In this document: positions 42,040-57,897 of the stretch, one piece after another | How positions within the stretch are numbered: the stretch's first letter is position 1 | How the letters are laid out: every line of letters begins with the position of its first letter | Assembly (NCBI GenBank): GCA_009914755.4 | Contig: CP068257.2 | Location: 24,512,001-24,576,000 of the forward strand | DNA: 64,000 nt | From: the human T2T-CHM13v2.0 reference genome, Homo sapiens | Direction of reading: 5' to 3' | Notes under the pieces: generated by a model | The model's database searches: none | What the model saw: the letters and a program-made list of their open reading frames with translations, nothing else | What the model was told of the DNA's origin: nothing | Program-made: the position numbers and the translations under genes

Positions 42040-42185
42040 ATCCTCCTCTACAAAATGAGGATAATGCAACATACTCCCTGGGGCTATTATGAGGCTCCTG
42101 GGGCTATTATGAGGCTTAGGGATGACATCTGCGAAGGGCTTGGCACCAATGGGCATTCAATAAATGCTAGTTGGGTATCGAGACT
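42040..42185 (+). mobile_element. MIR SINE fragment containing a perfect 20-bp tandem duplication (42077-42096 and 42097-42116)
   Basis: cctctacaaaatgaggataatgcaacatactccctggggctattatgaggct cctggggctattatgaggct tagggatgacatc...ggcttggcaccaatgggcattcaataaatgctagttgg, compared with the MIR consensus ...cctcatctgtaaaatggggataataatagtacctacctcatagggttgttgtgaggattaaatgag...gcctggcacatagtaagcgctcaataaatgttagct. Confidence 0.65.
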
Positions 42186-43084
42186 GTGGACTCAATTTAG
42201 ACAAAGATTTTTCATCTGGTTTAGCTGGTTATTATATATGACAAAAAGAGATCACAATGTGATAGTTGGCTAAAGCAGTCTGAGTCTTAAGTGAATTCTG
42301 CTCAGGGCCTTAAAAATAGACAAAGGAAAAATGAGAGCCAGGCTGGGACATCTTCAACAAAAGTTTGACATCATTCTTGTGAAAGTATTGGGAGGATTCT
42401 GATGGGTGGCCTTTAGTCTGACATATTTCAGCCTTCACTCTTTCTCATCACCTTATTGAGCTATAATTCACATACCGTACAATTCACTCATTTAAACTGT
42501 ACAATTTAATAGTTTTTAGTATATTCACAGAGGTGTGCCACCATTGCCACAGTCAATTTGAGGGCATTTTCATCACTTCAAAAACAAACCCCTCTGCTTC
42601 TCTCTCCCCCAGCCCTAGGCAACCACTAATCTACATTCTTTCTCTGTAGATTTCCTTGTTCTGGGTATTTTATATAAATGGAATCATACATTATGTGGTC
42701 TTTTGTGATTGGCTTCTTTCACTTAACATAATGTCTTCAAAGTTCATCCATGTTGTATCTCGTGTCAGTACTTCATTTCTTCTTATGACCAAATACCATT
42801 CCACTGGATGGTATACCTTATTTCATTTGTCTGTTTGTCAATTGATGGGCATTTGGGTTGTCTCCACCTTTTGGCCATTATGAATACTGTTGCTGTAAAC
42901 ATATGTGCATAAGTCTTTGTGTGGGCATTAAAAATAAAAAATTTCCTTTGAGTATATGCCTAGGAGTGGAATTGCTGGGTTTCAGCCTTCTCTTGGTTTT
43001 TCTGTTACAGGGAAGATCAAGAGTTAAGGACTGTACCATTATCCCCCTAAAAGACTTTCCTGTAAGAATCTTAAGTTAATAATG

Positions 43085-43145
43085 ACTGAGCACCTACTGC
43101 ATACCAAGTACTATTGTAGGCATTGGGCAGCTTCAGTAGGCGTAT
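43085..43145 (-). mobile_element. Possible MIR/CORE-SINE fragment
   Basis: tgagcacctactgcataccaagtactattgtaggcattggg resembles the common tgagcacctactatgtgccaggcactgtgctaggcactggg motif. Low confidence. Confidence 0.35.
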
Positions 43146-43358
43146 CGGATTCTAGTCTCTCCTGGGTCAAGATGGAGCCTGACACTAGTGACAACTTTTA
43201 TTCACAGCAGTCATTATTGTAGGCTACCTTATGGGAACATCTGGTATGCCCAACTTACAGGGTTGCTGTGATACTTTGAGTATCATGCTTTTTCTATTTA
43301 CTTGTGTATGTCTGCCTTTAGCTAGAGGCAGTAAATGTGGATCAAAAATAAAGATGTG

Positions 43359-44024
<666 letters not shown>

Positions 44025-44586
44025 TGCAGCCGTACAGCTTTCAAAAATGAAGAGAGGAACTCGTGGGCACTACTGGCATACATCTAAGAATAAAATGTGA
44101 ACAATCTGGTTGTTGTGTTATAACAACTTGGTTAATACAATATGATATTGATGAGATGCTCCCAACTCATCTTGGAGTAACTGAATGATGCTACCTGAAA
44201 GGTAGATATGAGTAGGAAGTGGAGGTATACAGGGGCTGGAGTGGGGCAAGGAGGCTTTCCAGGCATGGAGAAAAGTGTAAACTAAGACACAGCTTATGTG
44301 AGAAACAAGCATAGTACAAGTAATCTAGTGTTGCTGGATCATAAGGGCTTCTGGGATAAAGAATCTTCAAAGAAGGAGAGATATAATTGCTTAACATACA
44401 GCTCACCAATGGGATTATGCAATGATTTATAACTGTCCCCTAGATAGCTGTGTGGCATCAGACAAGCCATTAACATCTCTGTGCCTCATTTGTCATCAAA
44501 TGCTGCATGGGAATAAAACGTCGTGAATTATCTCCTTTCTAAAGTGACACATGAATTGCTAAAAAAAAAAAAAAAAGAAAAATTAA

Positions 44587-44890
<304 letters not shown>

Positions 44891-45789
44891 TAAGAACTTT
44901 CTAATATTGTCCTATATGTAGCCAAGCCTTGTGCAGATAAAGATTATTATTGCCGTTTGGGACAAGTGGATGCTTTCAGAGAGTCTTAGTTGAGGTTTCC
45001 TAGAGGCTGAACCTGAGATAGAGATCCTTATGCAAGTGGTTTATTGAACTTACTAGTTTTGGAAGAAACTAGTAAGAAGGTGAGGGAAGCAGAAAAGGGC
45101 AGGAGGAGAAGCAAATGCAAATGTTAAAATAGAAGGATTTAACCACTTTCAAAAAGAGGGCACTCATTTACAAAGTAGTAAAGGACACACATTTAATTAT
45201 ATAAAAATGTGCATAGATGTTTGGAAATTTTGACATGTAGTCACAGAATAATGTGAAAATTATATACAATTATTGACATTCAAATAGCAGAAACATAGAA
45301 AGTCAAAGGTTGGCCATGGATGACCCTCATCAAGGGCAAATGTGTACACATCTATGCACTTATATTTAATGGCAATGAACTTGTCAGCTACAGCCTGTTT
45401 GACATTTACAGAATGATGTGTGATAATGGGATTGATGAATTCATTAGCATTATGAATCATACATAAATAGAATCTTTAGCACATTTTATTAAGTGTGAAC
45501 TAAAATATGTTGTTTGGAGAGGACAAAGATTACAAATGTTTTAAACTGGGTTCCCAAAGGGCAAGGAAAATTAAACAGTCAGATTCCACCCTAAATGATC
45601 AAAAGGTGGAATGTACATCTCAGTCACGTTGTGCTGATGTGGCAGTAGGGCCAGAGGAGTTTTGGAAAATCCAAAGAAGCACAAAGCTTGAGTATGAGCA
45701 TAAAGGAAAACACCAAGCGCTGAGTCAGACACTGGACAAGAAGTTCTTTTCTGATTTTTCAAATGAAAAGACTGTACAGTTGAGATTAA

Positions 45790-45900
45790 GGTTCATTAAT
45801 TTATTGATTCAACCAATATTTAGAGAGCACCTCTTACGTGCTGGGTCCTGTGGTTGTTGCTGCAGTTACAGACATGAAGAGGCAGGAATGAGCTCCCAAG
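45790..45900 (-). mobile_element. Possible MIR/CORE-SINE fragment
   Basis: ttcattaatttattgattcaaccaatatttagagagcacctcttacgtgctgggtcctgtgg...cagttacagacatgaagaggcagg resembles the reverse-complemented MIR core (atttattgagc.cctactatgtgccaggcactg...ttttacagatgaggaaactgagg). Confidence 0.4.
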
Positions 45901-46764
45901 CCAAGTATGCAGGATTGTGTCATTTCTCGTTCCATGCTTTTTGCTAATCATGTCTGGGGGTTTATAGGCTGTGTCTACATTTGTGTGGTTTCCTAGAGAT
46001 TTCAAATATTAAAAAATATCCAAACCCCTTCCCATTGCCTTAAACTCTTCCCTTAATTCATATTCCAGAATTGCCACAGGGAAAAATGGATCTCTTCTTT
46101 CCCCCAGGAAAAAAACCCCACAAGCTTATAGTTATGGTAAATTAATTGGTGAATATTCTTCATTAACTATTCTGTATCTTAATTTTTTTCCCTGAAAAAT
46201 GAAAATGTTACTTATACCACTGGGAGCATTTTGCTGATTATTAGTATCCAAGGTATAAAATTTTTTGAGATTCTGGGAACAAGAACTCCCCCATGGAGAG
46301 ATTAAACTACCTTCTCTTATACATTATAGAGTTTACTATCTTGATTTATTTCTTCTTGTTGATCTCTAATCCATCCAATAACCATAGCCACTAGTAATTG
46401 TGAATATCTTTTTATTATATCGGGTTTCTTGTAACTTTGAGGATTTTGTTTTAGTAAATTAAATATATTATTTGTACATGTAATTTTGCTGCATAGAACA
46501 ACTGGATTTCTGGATAAGTAGCTTGAATGTTATGTCCTAGAGAATAGGAGTTTATTACTTGCTAATATGGCTTATTACATTCTGATGAATATTTTGACTA
46601 TGATCTGAGTTGAATTGATAGGAATACATTTTCGAAGTACTTAAAAATTATTTATGGTGGTTCTTTTGTAGTGTTTTCCTTTTTATAAAACCACACTGTC
46701 TGAGAAGAACTCTCTTACTTCTGTGTCTTAACTTGTGGGAACAATTTATTTATTTATTTATTCA

Positions 46765-46885
46765 TATTAGAGATGGGGCCTCATAATGTTTCCCAGGATG
46801 GCCTCAAACTTCTAGGCTCATGGGACCCTCCCGCCTCAGCCTCCCAAGTAGCTGGGCCTACAGATGCCCACTGCTGTCCCCGACT
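46765..46885 (-). mobile_element. Alu right-arm fragment, preceded by (TTTA)n
   Basis: tagagatggggcctcataatgtttcccaggatggcctcaaacttctaggctcatgggaccctcccgcctcagcctcccaagtagctgggcctacagatgcccactgctgtccc. Confidence 0.7.
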
Positions 46886-46919
46886 ATCTATATGAATTAT
46901 CTTTATCATTGAAAATTTA

Positions 46920-47261
<342 letters not shown>

Positions 47262-49863
47262 TTAAAGCCTATAGAGAGTCTTGGAATTTATGGGATGTTG
47301 AATTTTTAAAAATTCATTTGTATTAAGTGGACTTTTTATAAAAGAGTAAATACCTAATTAAAATAATATTTTATCTGATGTTACCAAAGAGTTCTTCATT
47401 TCAACGTTCCATCCCTGAGTAAGTTAACTTATGAGGAATGAATTATATTACCTAGCAACCTCCATCCATCTTACCACATTGTTAAAAGCCTATATTCTGC
47501 AAATAATTCACGTAATGAAACAATAGGCATAAATTAAGTTATACATTTAATTAACATATACATAATTAAATTATATATACCAAGAAACATTAAACTTTTA
47601 AACAATTATAACCAAATTCATTGCTCATTTCTTCTAAATCGATATTTACATCTTTATTGTTAATTTCTAAGAAAAGCCTTAATAAGAAAAATAACCTAGG
47701 AGTATCTTGAATTAGCAAATGTATGTTTTATAGAAATTCTACATTTTATAGATTCTATCACTGCTTCTACAGTACATACATTTTTATATTTATGGATTCA
47801 TTGGTATCCTATAAATAGCCTGGATTTTTAATATAATTTATACTACTAGAGTATAAATTATACTCTAGTATAATGGTTCTCAGGTGCGCATATCAGAAGA
47901 CAAACACAGAGATGGTTGACATTGACATATAGCAGACTTTTATCCCCCTAAAAATGCATTTTTTTTAGCAGGTTCAAAATTGGAAGCATGAATTGAAACA
48001 ACACAGAAATAACATGTTTGCTTACAGTGGATAAATTTTGTACTATTTTATAGAAAACCTCTACAAATTTAAGACAAGTTACCGAGCTTGTTGACAAGTT
48101 ATGAGGCCATATGAAAAGCAAACACACAAACAACAAACTAGGCACTAAGAAAAAGTAAAAGGAAATTAAAGTTGGTCATTGCAATTTAATTAAGACAATA
48201 GTTTGAATGCAAATGAAGACATAAGACAAATTCAATGGAACATTAGAATTCCTTGGTACTGTAGTTTATATAAGCAGAAGCGGAGACATACTGAGGTTAA
48301 GTTTTCATCCAAAGTCACCATTAGATTGTGGCAGAGCTGGCTCCTGTCTCTTGTTGAGTCTTCTTTTCACTGCCTGACATTGCCTCTTATAAACAGGACA
48401 TGGTGCCAGTTAATTATAATTGCTTAAGAAAAAGCAATTGAAAAAATGGTGAATGGTAATTACATATGGGCTGAAATAACATTGATATAATCAGGAATAT
48501 TTGGGGGAGGAAACACCATTCTAGAACATCTATTTCAACCTTGGCAAGCTGGAATGACAATCTGCAACTTTATTTTTACCAGTTATCACTTACTGGTATA
48601 ATGAAACAAATGCTAACCGTAAAATTTAATTATTAAATCAAATATTAAAATAATTTATAAACATGTTTAAATCACATTGCACAAAGGAAAGAAAAGGGGT
48701 TGTATCATTTTCAGGCATAAAATCATTTCCTTCTTCCTTTTAATTTGATGTTAGACCAGCTTTTTTCATAGTCAAATTTGTACGGAAATGCCCAGAGAGG
48801 GCAAACAAGGAGCTTAACAGATGTCATTTTGCTATTCTGTGAAGCTAAATAGAACTGTAGTTTATTGAATGATTTCTCTTACTTCTACTTCTGCTTGAAT
48901 GTAGATTGGGGGATGGATAGTAGCTGAGTCCAATTTAATTTGTTCAATTACTCACCATTTGATTTATTTATATCATATGATAAATTAATCAGTTTGTTTT
49001 AATCTATACTCTGTATAGGGTTTACAATAAGAACATCATTTAAAGTATGGAGTGCAACTCTTACAGGTTATATATATTCATTTTATTTTACGAAAATTTA
49101 ATGTCATATACTTATGCATTTAATAATATATACCAAATATTTATAACAATTCATCAAGCTTGACATTTTTTTAAACAAGAATAAAATTTCAAGAAAGTTG
49201 GAAGAAAATACAAAGAATTTTTGCTCCCTCTCCTCATCCATTTGAAAGCAAATTGCCAATACGATGCCTTATGACCCCAGAATGCCTCGGTAGATTACAA
49301 ATGAAGACACTATCATACAACAAAATACAACCATTGAAATCAGGAAATTAACCTTGATATTATTAACATCAAGCTTGCCAGTTGTGTAGAAAGAGGATCC
49401 AGTTTAGAATCATGGGCTGCATTTTACTGCCCTGTCTCTTAAGCATTTGTAGGCTTTGGAAAGTTTAAATTTTTTCTTGAGTTTCATAAATTTGACAATT
49501 TTGAAACTCATAGCCTAGATATTTTGTGGACTATCACTTAATATGGATTTGGCTGATTTTATCTCATGATTAAATCCATGCATCTTTGGCAGGGATATCA
49601 CAGAAATAATGCTGCTCCCTCATTGCATGCTGTCTGTGGTGCATGACTGTGACTTGTTCAGTTACTGATGATGCCTCTGTGATAACTGGGTTAAAGTGGT
49701 GATTGCCAGGTTTCTTCACAGTCGTTTACTCTTTCCTCTTTAAGAAATAATAAGTATTTCATGGTGAAGTACTTTAAAACTCTGCAAACATCTCATTCCT
49801 CTTCAAACTTTCATGTTATTCATTTCTTTCTTTATATCTTTTCTTTTTCTTTTCTTTCTTTCT

Positions 49864-50292
<429 letters not shown>

Positions 50293-50775
50293 TGATATTT
50301 CTCTATTATTCTTTAAGTATTTCCTGACTTTCTGGTACAGCAAAAGATTCTAGGCTCATTTTGTACTTTTTCTTTCCCATCCAGGAATTGGTCATTTTGC
50401 TAAAGGGTCCTGTTTCTTTGTAACGAGAATAGTATTTAGAAGCCAAGATTTGGTTGCTAAATGTACTCATTACTCTTGGGGTGCCACTGCCTCCAGACTG
50501 TTTCAGAGGACAAAAACTAAGGAATATATAATAATATGCAGACATGCACCCATATATATGTTACTTATATGTCTACATTTATATACATTTATAAATTCAT
50601 ACCAATTCCTTCCATTTCAGTTCAATACCATTGAGTTCATTCTATTTTTCTTTCATTTCAATATTTGTAGCTTTCTTCTCTGACAGTTGAGAAACCTGGT
50701 TTGCCAATTATACTGAATATATTTATTTATTTCATCACACCTGTTTCCCTCCAACAGTCCGCTATATGTGGCTAA

Positions 50776-51253
<478 letters not shown>

Positions 51254-52096
51254 TAACATCAATGTTAATGCTTTTAAATATTTTCCACAGGTGTTAAGTC
51301 ATTTATTACTTTACTAAGTCACAGAGTGCCATACATTTTATATGAAGGATAGGGATCCATTTCCTCAAATTATAACTGCTAGTAAGACAGAAGCATAGTG
51401 TGATGGTTTATTTTAGGTGTCAACTTGACTGGATTAATGGATACCTACATAACTGGTAAGACATTCTGTCTGGGTGTGTCACACCAATCTCTTAGATGGA
51501 CTAAACCGGGAAGATCCACCCTCAACACAGGTGAGCACCATCCAATCGGCTGGGGGACCACATAGAACAAAAAGGCAGAGAAAAGGTGAATTTGATTTCT
51601 CTCTCTTCTGGAGCTGGAACACCCTCTTCTGCTGCCCTTGGACATCAGAATCCCAGGTTTTCCAGCATTTGGGCTCCAGGACTCATAAAAGAAGCAGCCC
51701 TCTGTGTAATCAGGCTGTAAGCCTCAGACTGAGAGTTACATCGTCAGCTTCTTTTGTTCTGAGGCTTTCTGACTTGGGCTGACCCGTGCTGCCACCTCTC
51801 CTGATTCTCCAGCTTGCAGACTCCCTATGGTGGGACTTCTTAGCTTCCATGATCATGTGAGCCAATTCCCCTAATAAATTTCCTGTTATCTATGTAACTA
51901 TCTGCCATTGGCATCCAAACCAGAGTGATTCACTCTTCAATAAAGGCTGAATGAAGTGAGACCTTCTAGGTTACATTCCCAGGAATTTAGGTACTCTTGG
52001 TCATAAGATGTTTATGGTTGAAGGAACAAGTTAATTATGCTAATTAAGACCCAGAACTTAAGGAAATGTCCTGATATCCAGATATCTTAAGAACAG

Positions 52097-52354
52097 ACCA
52101 GGCAAGGTGGTGCACACCTACAATCCCAGCACTTTTGGAGGCTGAGGCAGGTGGATCACTTGACCAGACTGGGCAATATAGTGCAACTCCATCTCTCCAA
52201 AAAATACAAACATTAGCCAAGAGTGATGGCACACACCTGTGACCCCAGCTACTTAAGAGGTTGAGGTGGGAGGATTACCTGAGTATGGGGACATCCAGGC
52301 TGCAGTGAGCCATGATTGTGCCACTGCACCCCAGCCTATGCAACAGAATAAAAA
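52097..52354 (+). mobile_element. Alu SINE (old, AluJ-like, diverged)
   Basis: gaccaggcaaggtggtgcacacctacaatcccagcacttttggaggctgaggcaggtggatcacttgaccagactgggcaatatagtgcaactccatctctccaaaaaatacaaacattagccaagagtgatggcacacacctgtgaccccagctacttaagaggttgaggtgggagg ... gcctatgcaacagaataaaaag. Confidence 0.85.
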
Positions 52355-54534
52355 GCATTCTTAGTTTAGGAATAGGTTTCGCTTTAAAGATTATAGTACA
52401 TCCATAAATTCTTGCTGATATCAATAGGTAAACAAAAGAAGAACAATACTAATAGACTGTTACAAGCTAATCACAAGCCTTTGTATAATAATAAAGCACA
52501 TTATTCTTAGTTCTAACATTGTATATAAGCAAGCATTATGTTTGACGTAGGGGCGTTCCTTCTCTCGCTTTCTGAGGATGCCCTACTCTGTAATAAGAGT
52601 AGTCTCTAGTAAACTATCTTAATTTCACTCTACTCTGCTACTCACACTGAAGTCATTCCTGTCTGAAATCCAAGAACCCACTCTTGGGGTCTGGGACAAG
52701 ACCCTTTTTCTAGTAACATCTATCTATCTTCTATCTATCTCTCGCCTATTGGTTCTATCTCTTTGGAGAACTCTAATACACACAGTAAAGTTAAGATTAA
52801 CACACAGAAGCAGGTCATGGATTATTCAGGTGGAACCACAGGGGACATTTGGTTGGGATTGCATGATTAACGCCCTACCATGTCATGTCATTGATCAATG
52901 GTCACTTCTTTCCTGAGCATTAGCATGTCTCTAAGATTTGCTCTTATCTATCAAATGAATGCAGAATGCCATTCATGTGATAAACCCCAACAGGTCCCAC
53001 AGAATTTTCACAGTCTATTGTGTCAAGTTGTACTTAAGAGAGATTTTTTACTTTATGGATCAATGACTGGATAGATCAAAATGAATCCTTTAAAGCTATC
53101 ATATTTTATCAGTTTGCTGCAGTTGTCTTGCAGGCTCAATGAAACCATGTTTCCTAGAGTCCAAAAATCTGGGAGGTGACCATCGACTCTTCTAGATGAG
53201 CTGGTGTTCTCTGCTTAACTAACTGCTCAAGTTCATTCCATGAGGGAGAAACCTCCCTTTTTGACTTTGAATACCACTGCTGAGAATTGTGCTTCTATTT
53301 CACTTTGTGGAATGCTTGAAGTGATTTTTACAGAATTCTTTTTGGAAATGTTAATACTTGTGGAACAAATGGCTTATTGTTAAACTTGGAGCTGGAAGAC
53401 CTGGATTTGAATGCGGATATTGCCAGTTACTAGCAGTGTGACCTCAGTTTCTTCAGTAAAACAGGATATTATCATTGTCTGACAAAGTTTTTTGGGCCTC
53501 AGTTAAAAAAATGTTAAGTTAAAGTCATTTCGGTTCTTGAAAGTGCCAAGCAAATGTGAGGCACTATTAGTATTTTGTAAAAAGCCATTTCTTTAAAGGG
53601 AAGACAATTCATGAAGAAAAAATTCAAATGAAAGCAAAGTAATAAATAAAATTACCTTAAGAACTGATGAGAGAATTCTGATTTTGTAGATGGAAATTTG
53701 TTTTTGAATTTAATGAATATACATATATTTACTCCTTTAAGTAGTTATTTTATGTTTCAAAAAGATTCAAACATTTTAATTGCAAAAAGTCTTTGCCTTG
53801 CTTTAAAAGCAAGTTTAATTTCAGGGACAATACACCTATTAATTACCCAAACCATTCCTAAGCAGTAACAGCCTTAAGAGCCTATTAATGTAAGGGGGGG
53901 TGTTAAGTCTTATTCAAAATGAATTGAACCCCTGACTCCAAGTCAGCTAGTTTATATTCTAAGACAATGAAAATTAAGAACAATGATTTAGCGACTCGAG
54001 AAGACTCAATCTAATATGATCCGAAAAAGGCCAATTATCGTAACTCTTTTAGCCAATATTAACTTCTGAATGTGTCAAATTCTCCATCTTGGAAAAACTG
54101 TGTTGACTCCAGCAGACATAAGAAGTTTTCTTCTCTCATTAACAAACCTTCTATGTTAGACCAGAGGAAGAAGCATTTAACTGGCATTATTCTAAAAATA
54201 ATGAAACAATTCAACAAATACATATTTTATAATGATTTTGTATTAAAATAGAACTGGTTTTACTTAATTGGTTGTAATTTAAAGTTCAAAATCTTAAAAA
54301 TATATTTGTTGTAAAAATGTCACCAGGTTCTGTGTTATCTCTTTTCAATTTTCCTTGAAAGAGTTGCTCATTATGATATTTAAATTCTTGTGTCTTACAT
54401 TTGAAAATTAGTACTGATTTTTCAATACAAAAAATCCTATCGAAACAGCTTGAAATCTTAGCAGTCTTTGTACTTTTCATAACATATTTTATTATACATA
54501 TTTTATATACAAATAAATAATTAAAAATATATAA

Positions 54535-54879
<345 letters not shown>

Positions 54880-55323
54880 TAGAATTTTGGCATTCATGTT
54901 GAAAATATGACCACAGATTTCTTCTTAGGTACATGGGAAGATTGCCTTGTATTCTAGTTTTAGGTTTCAGCAATTTCACCACTGACCATTTTATTGAAAT
55001 CATGTAGTGCTGTAGGTAGTCAGATAATGAGATGCCACTTAAAAGGCCTGAAATACTTGGGGTTGCATAATGGGGATGTATGTACTACGTTAGAGGCTAA
55101 TTCCAAAATTTGGGGAAAGACTAATAAAATGTTTCTCTTGTCAACTGAAGAATGATGAGGTTCATAAATTTAGAAAGGTGAGCTTTGTTTTTTATAAAGA
55201 ATTGCAGCCCTCGGGTGGCCATTCTGACAGGGTTGGAAGTGTAGCCTCCTGCCAGAAGCCAGAAACCGGCACTTTGAGGGAGGGAAGAATAAGACAGGAA
55301 TTTATGCTGAATGCGGTGGTTGA

Positions 55324-55959
<636 letters not shown>

Positions 55960-57537
55960 TAGTTGAGCTTCATGCCTGTCCATGGGCATCATGTTCAAAA
56001 TATGGTGGCATTAGTATAATCTGAGGATGGAGTTTTCAGCCCTCTGACTCAAAAGGTGAAGCAGGCAACACAAAAACCCTCACTATGCATCCTCTATAAA
56101 CCGGCCAGAGCCACTTCATGTTCGGTGTTCTTTTGTCAGGAAGGAAAGCTGAGTGGTCGTTTTGTCAAAACTGCAAAAGGAAGGATAGTCACAAGGTTGG
56201 TGGAAATCACTGGCGGAGCCAGTCTTTCCCAATGGCTGGTTTCTGTTTAACCCTTAAGAAAGAAAGCCTCATGGCTGTTAGCAAGGTTGCAGGGGAGGTG
56301 AACGAGGCATGTTCAATCTTCCATGTCATCATGGCCAGGAGCACAGTTTTCAAGGTTTCTCTGCAGTACCCTTTGCCAAGAGAGAGTTCTATTCAGCTGG
56401 TTGGGGGGCTCAGGATTTTATTTTTATTTCTCACTCTTAAGGGGAACATCAACTTAGAGGGTCTTGTCCATGAGACTGAAATGTCTTCCAGTTGTCTTCG
56501 AGAAGAATGTCCTCATTTGAGTTTCCCTGAAAGCAGAGGGCCTGAGACAAGTATGTGGGCTCAGGTAGTTTCTTTGGGAATTAATCCCAGGAAGCAGAAG
56601 TGAGAGAGTAGAGGCATGGGAAAACATGGAGTTATTGAGCTAGCTACCCCTGTGGAAAACTGGGGCTCCATTCTGTTGAAGAGCTTCTAAGAAACTTTGT
56701 GGAATCCCTCAGACATGTTTCAGGGAAGGACAGGGAGACTGGGACACCCGTCTATTAATTCAGTCTCCCATTGATTGTGGGTTTTGCTAGAGGCACTTTG
56801 GCACCATGCACTTCCAAGTGTGCCTGTTTAGGGGAGAGGCAGGCTGAGTTGCTTTCAGTGACTGCAGAGAAATCCAAATTGTGAGATGCCACAGCACAGC
56901 TTGAGGTGGGATGCTGGTTGCTTGCACAGACTTGTCCTTCGCAGCAGTGCTGAAATCTAGTGGCCAAGGGAAGTGGTTGAGGCACCACAAGTGTCTGCTA
57001 CAGATAAGAGAAAGCAAATAGTATAAAAGAAGTTATTATCCAATTATTTCTAATAGAGTTGAGGGAGTGTCATTGCTGTAGGGTCATGGTCTGTACAGAG
57101 TGGTGTATGAGATGAGGACGTGCTACCCCAAAATATGCCTCTTTGGCGTAAAGATTACTTTGAGCTGATCATTTTTAGACACTAGACACAAGAGAAGTTT
57201 TGAAAACACAAACATTTCCCTTTTGTAAGGGAAACTTACACCTATAAAGAAAAATGTCCATTTGTAAGTGTGTCTCCCTCTCTGTACGAAGAAGGGAAAG
57301 ATGATTAAATTACTAGAGACCCACCCACCTAAATCTGCATAACAAGCCTTACTCTTATTTACTGTGCTGTTTCCAGTCACATCCCCATTACTGGCCTTCC
57401 CAACACCCTTCTTTCTTTGTTTCAGCAGAAGATGGTGCTTAAGCCTGAATTCTAAGTCACCTCTTGGAGATTTGCTCATTTCTTTGGGTATCTCCCAGTA
57501 TACATGAGGTATATATGTTATTAAACTTCCGTTTGCT

Positions 57538-57897
57538 ATACTATGCAGCCATAAAAAAGGATGAGTTCATGTCCTTTGTAGGGACATGGATGAAGCTGGA
57601 AACCATCATTCTGAGCAAACTATCGCAAGGACAGAAAATCAAACGCCGCATGTTCCCACCCATAGGTGGGAAATGAACAATAACACTTGGACACAGGGTG
57701 GGGAACATAACACACTGGGGCCTGTCGTGGAGTCGGGGTAGGAGGAGGGATAGCATTAGGAGAAATACCTAATGTAAATGACAAATTAACGGGTGCAGCA
57801 AACCAACATGGCACATGTATACATATGTAACAAACCTGCACGTTGTGCACACGTACCTTAGAACTTAAAGTATAATAATAAAAGTAAATAAATAAAT
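57538..57897 (+). mobile_element. L1 (LINE-1) 3'-terminal fragment (~360 bp of ORF2 end/3'UTR + A-rich tail) with a perfect 15-bp TSD
   Basis: atactatgcagccataaaaaaggatgagttcatgtcctttgtagggacatggatgaagctggaaaccatcattctgagcaaactatcgcaaggacag...ggagggatagcattaggagaaatacctaatgtaaatgacaaattaacgggtgcagcaaaccaacatggcacatgtatacatatgtaacaaacctgcacgttgtgcacacgtaccttagaacttaaagtataataataaa. TSD aaacttccgtttgct at 57523-57537 and 57898-57912. Confidence 0.9.

Noticed and set aside
45507-45947. 146-aa ORF on the plus strand (MLFGEDKDYKCFKLGSQRARK...)
   Set aside because: No recognisable domain or family, and no splice-site or promoter context. It overlaps a MIR/CORE-SINE-like fragment (45790-45900) and AT-rich intergenic DNA. 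Its length is within the chance expectation for 64 kb across six frames.
56118-56603. 161-aa ORF on the plus strand (MFGVLLSGRKAEWSFCQNCKRKDSHKV...)
   Set aside because: It is the longest non-repeat ORF outside the CpG island but has no recognisable homology, no Kozak/TATA context that I can see, and no evident conservation signature. A single unspliced 161-aa ORF in intergenic human DNA is most parsimoniously chance.
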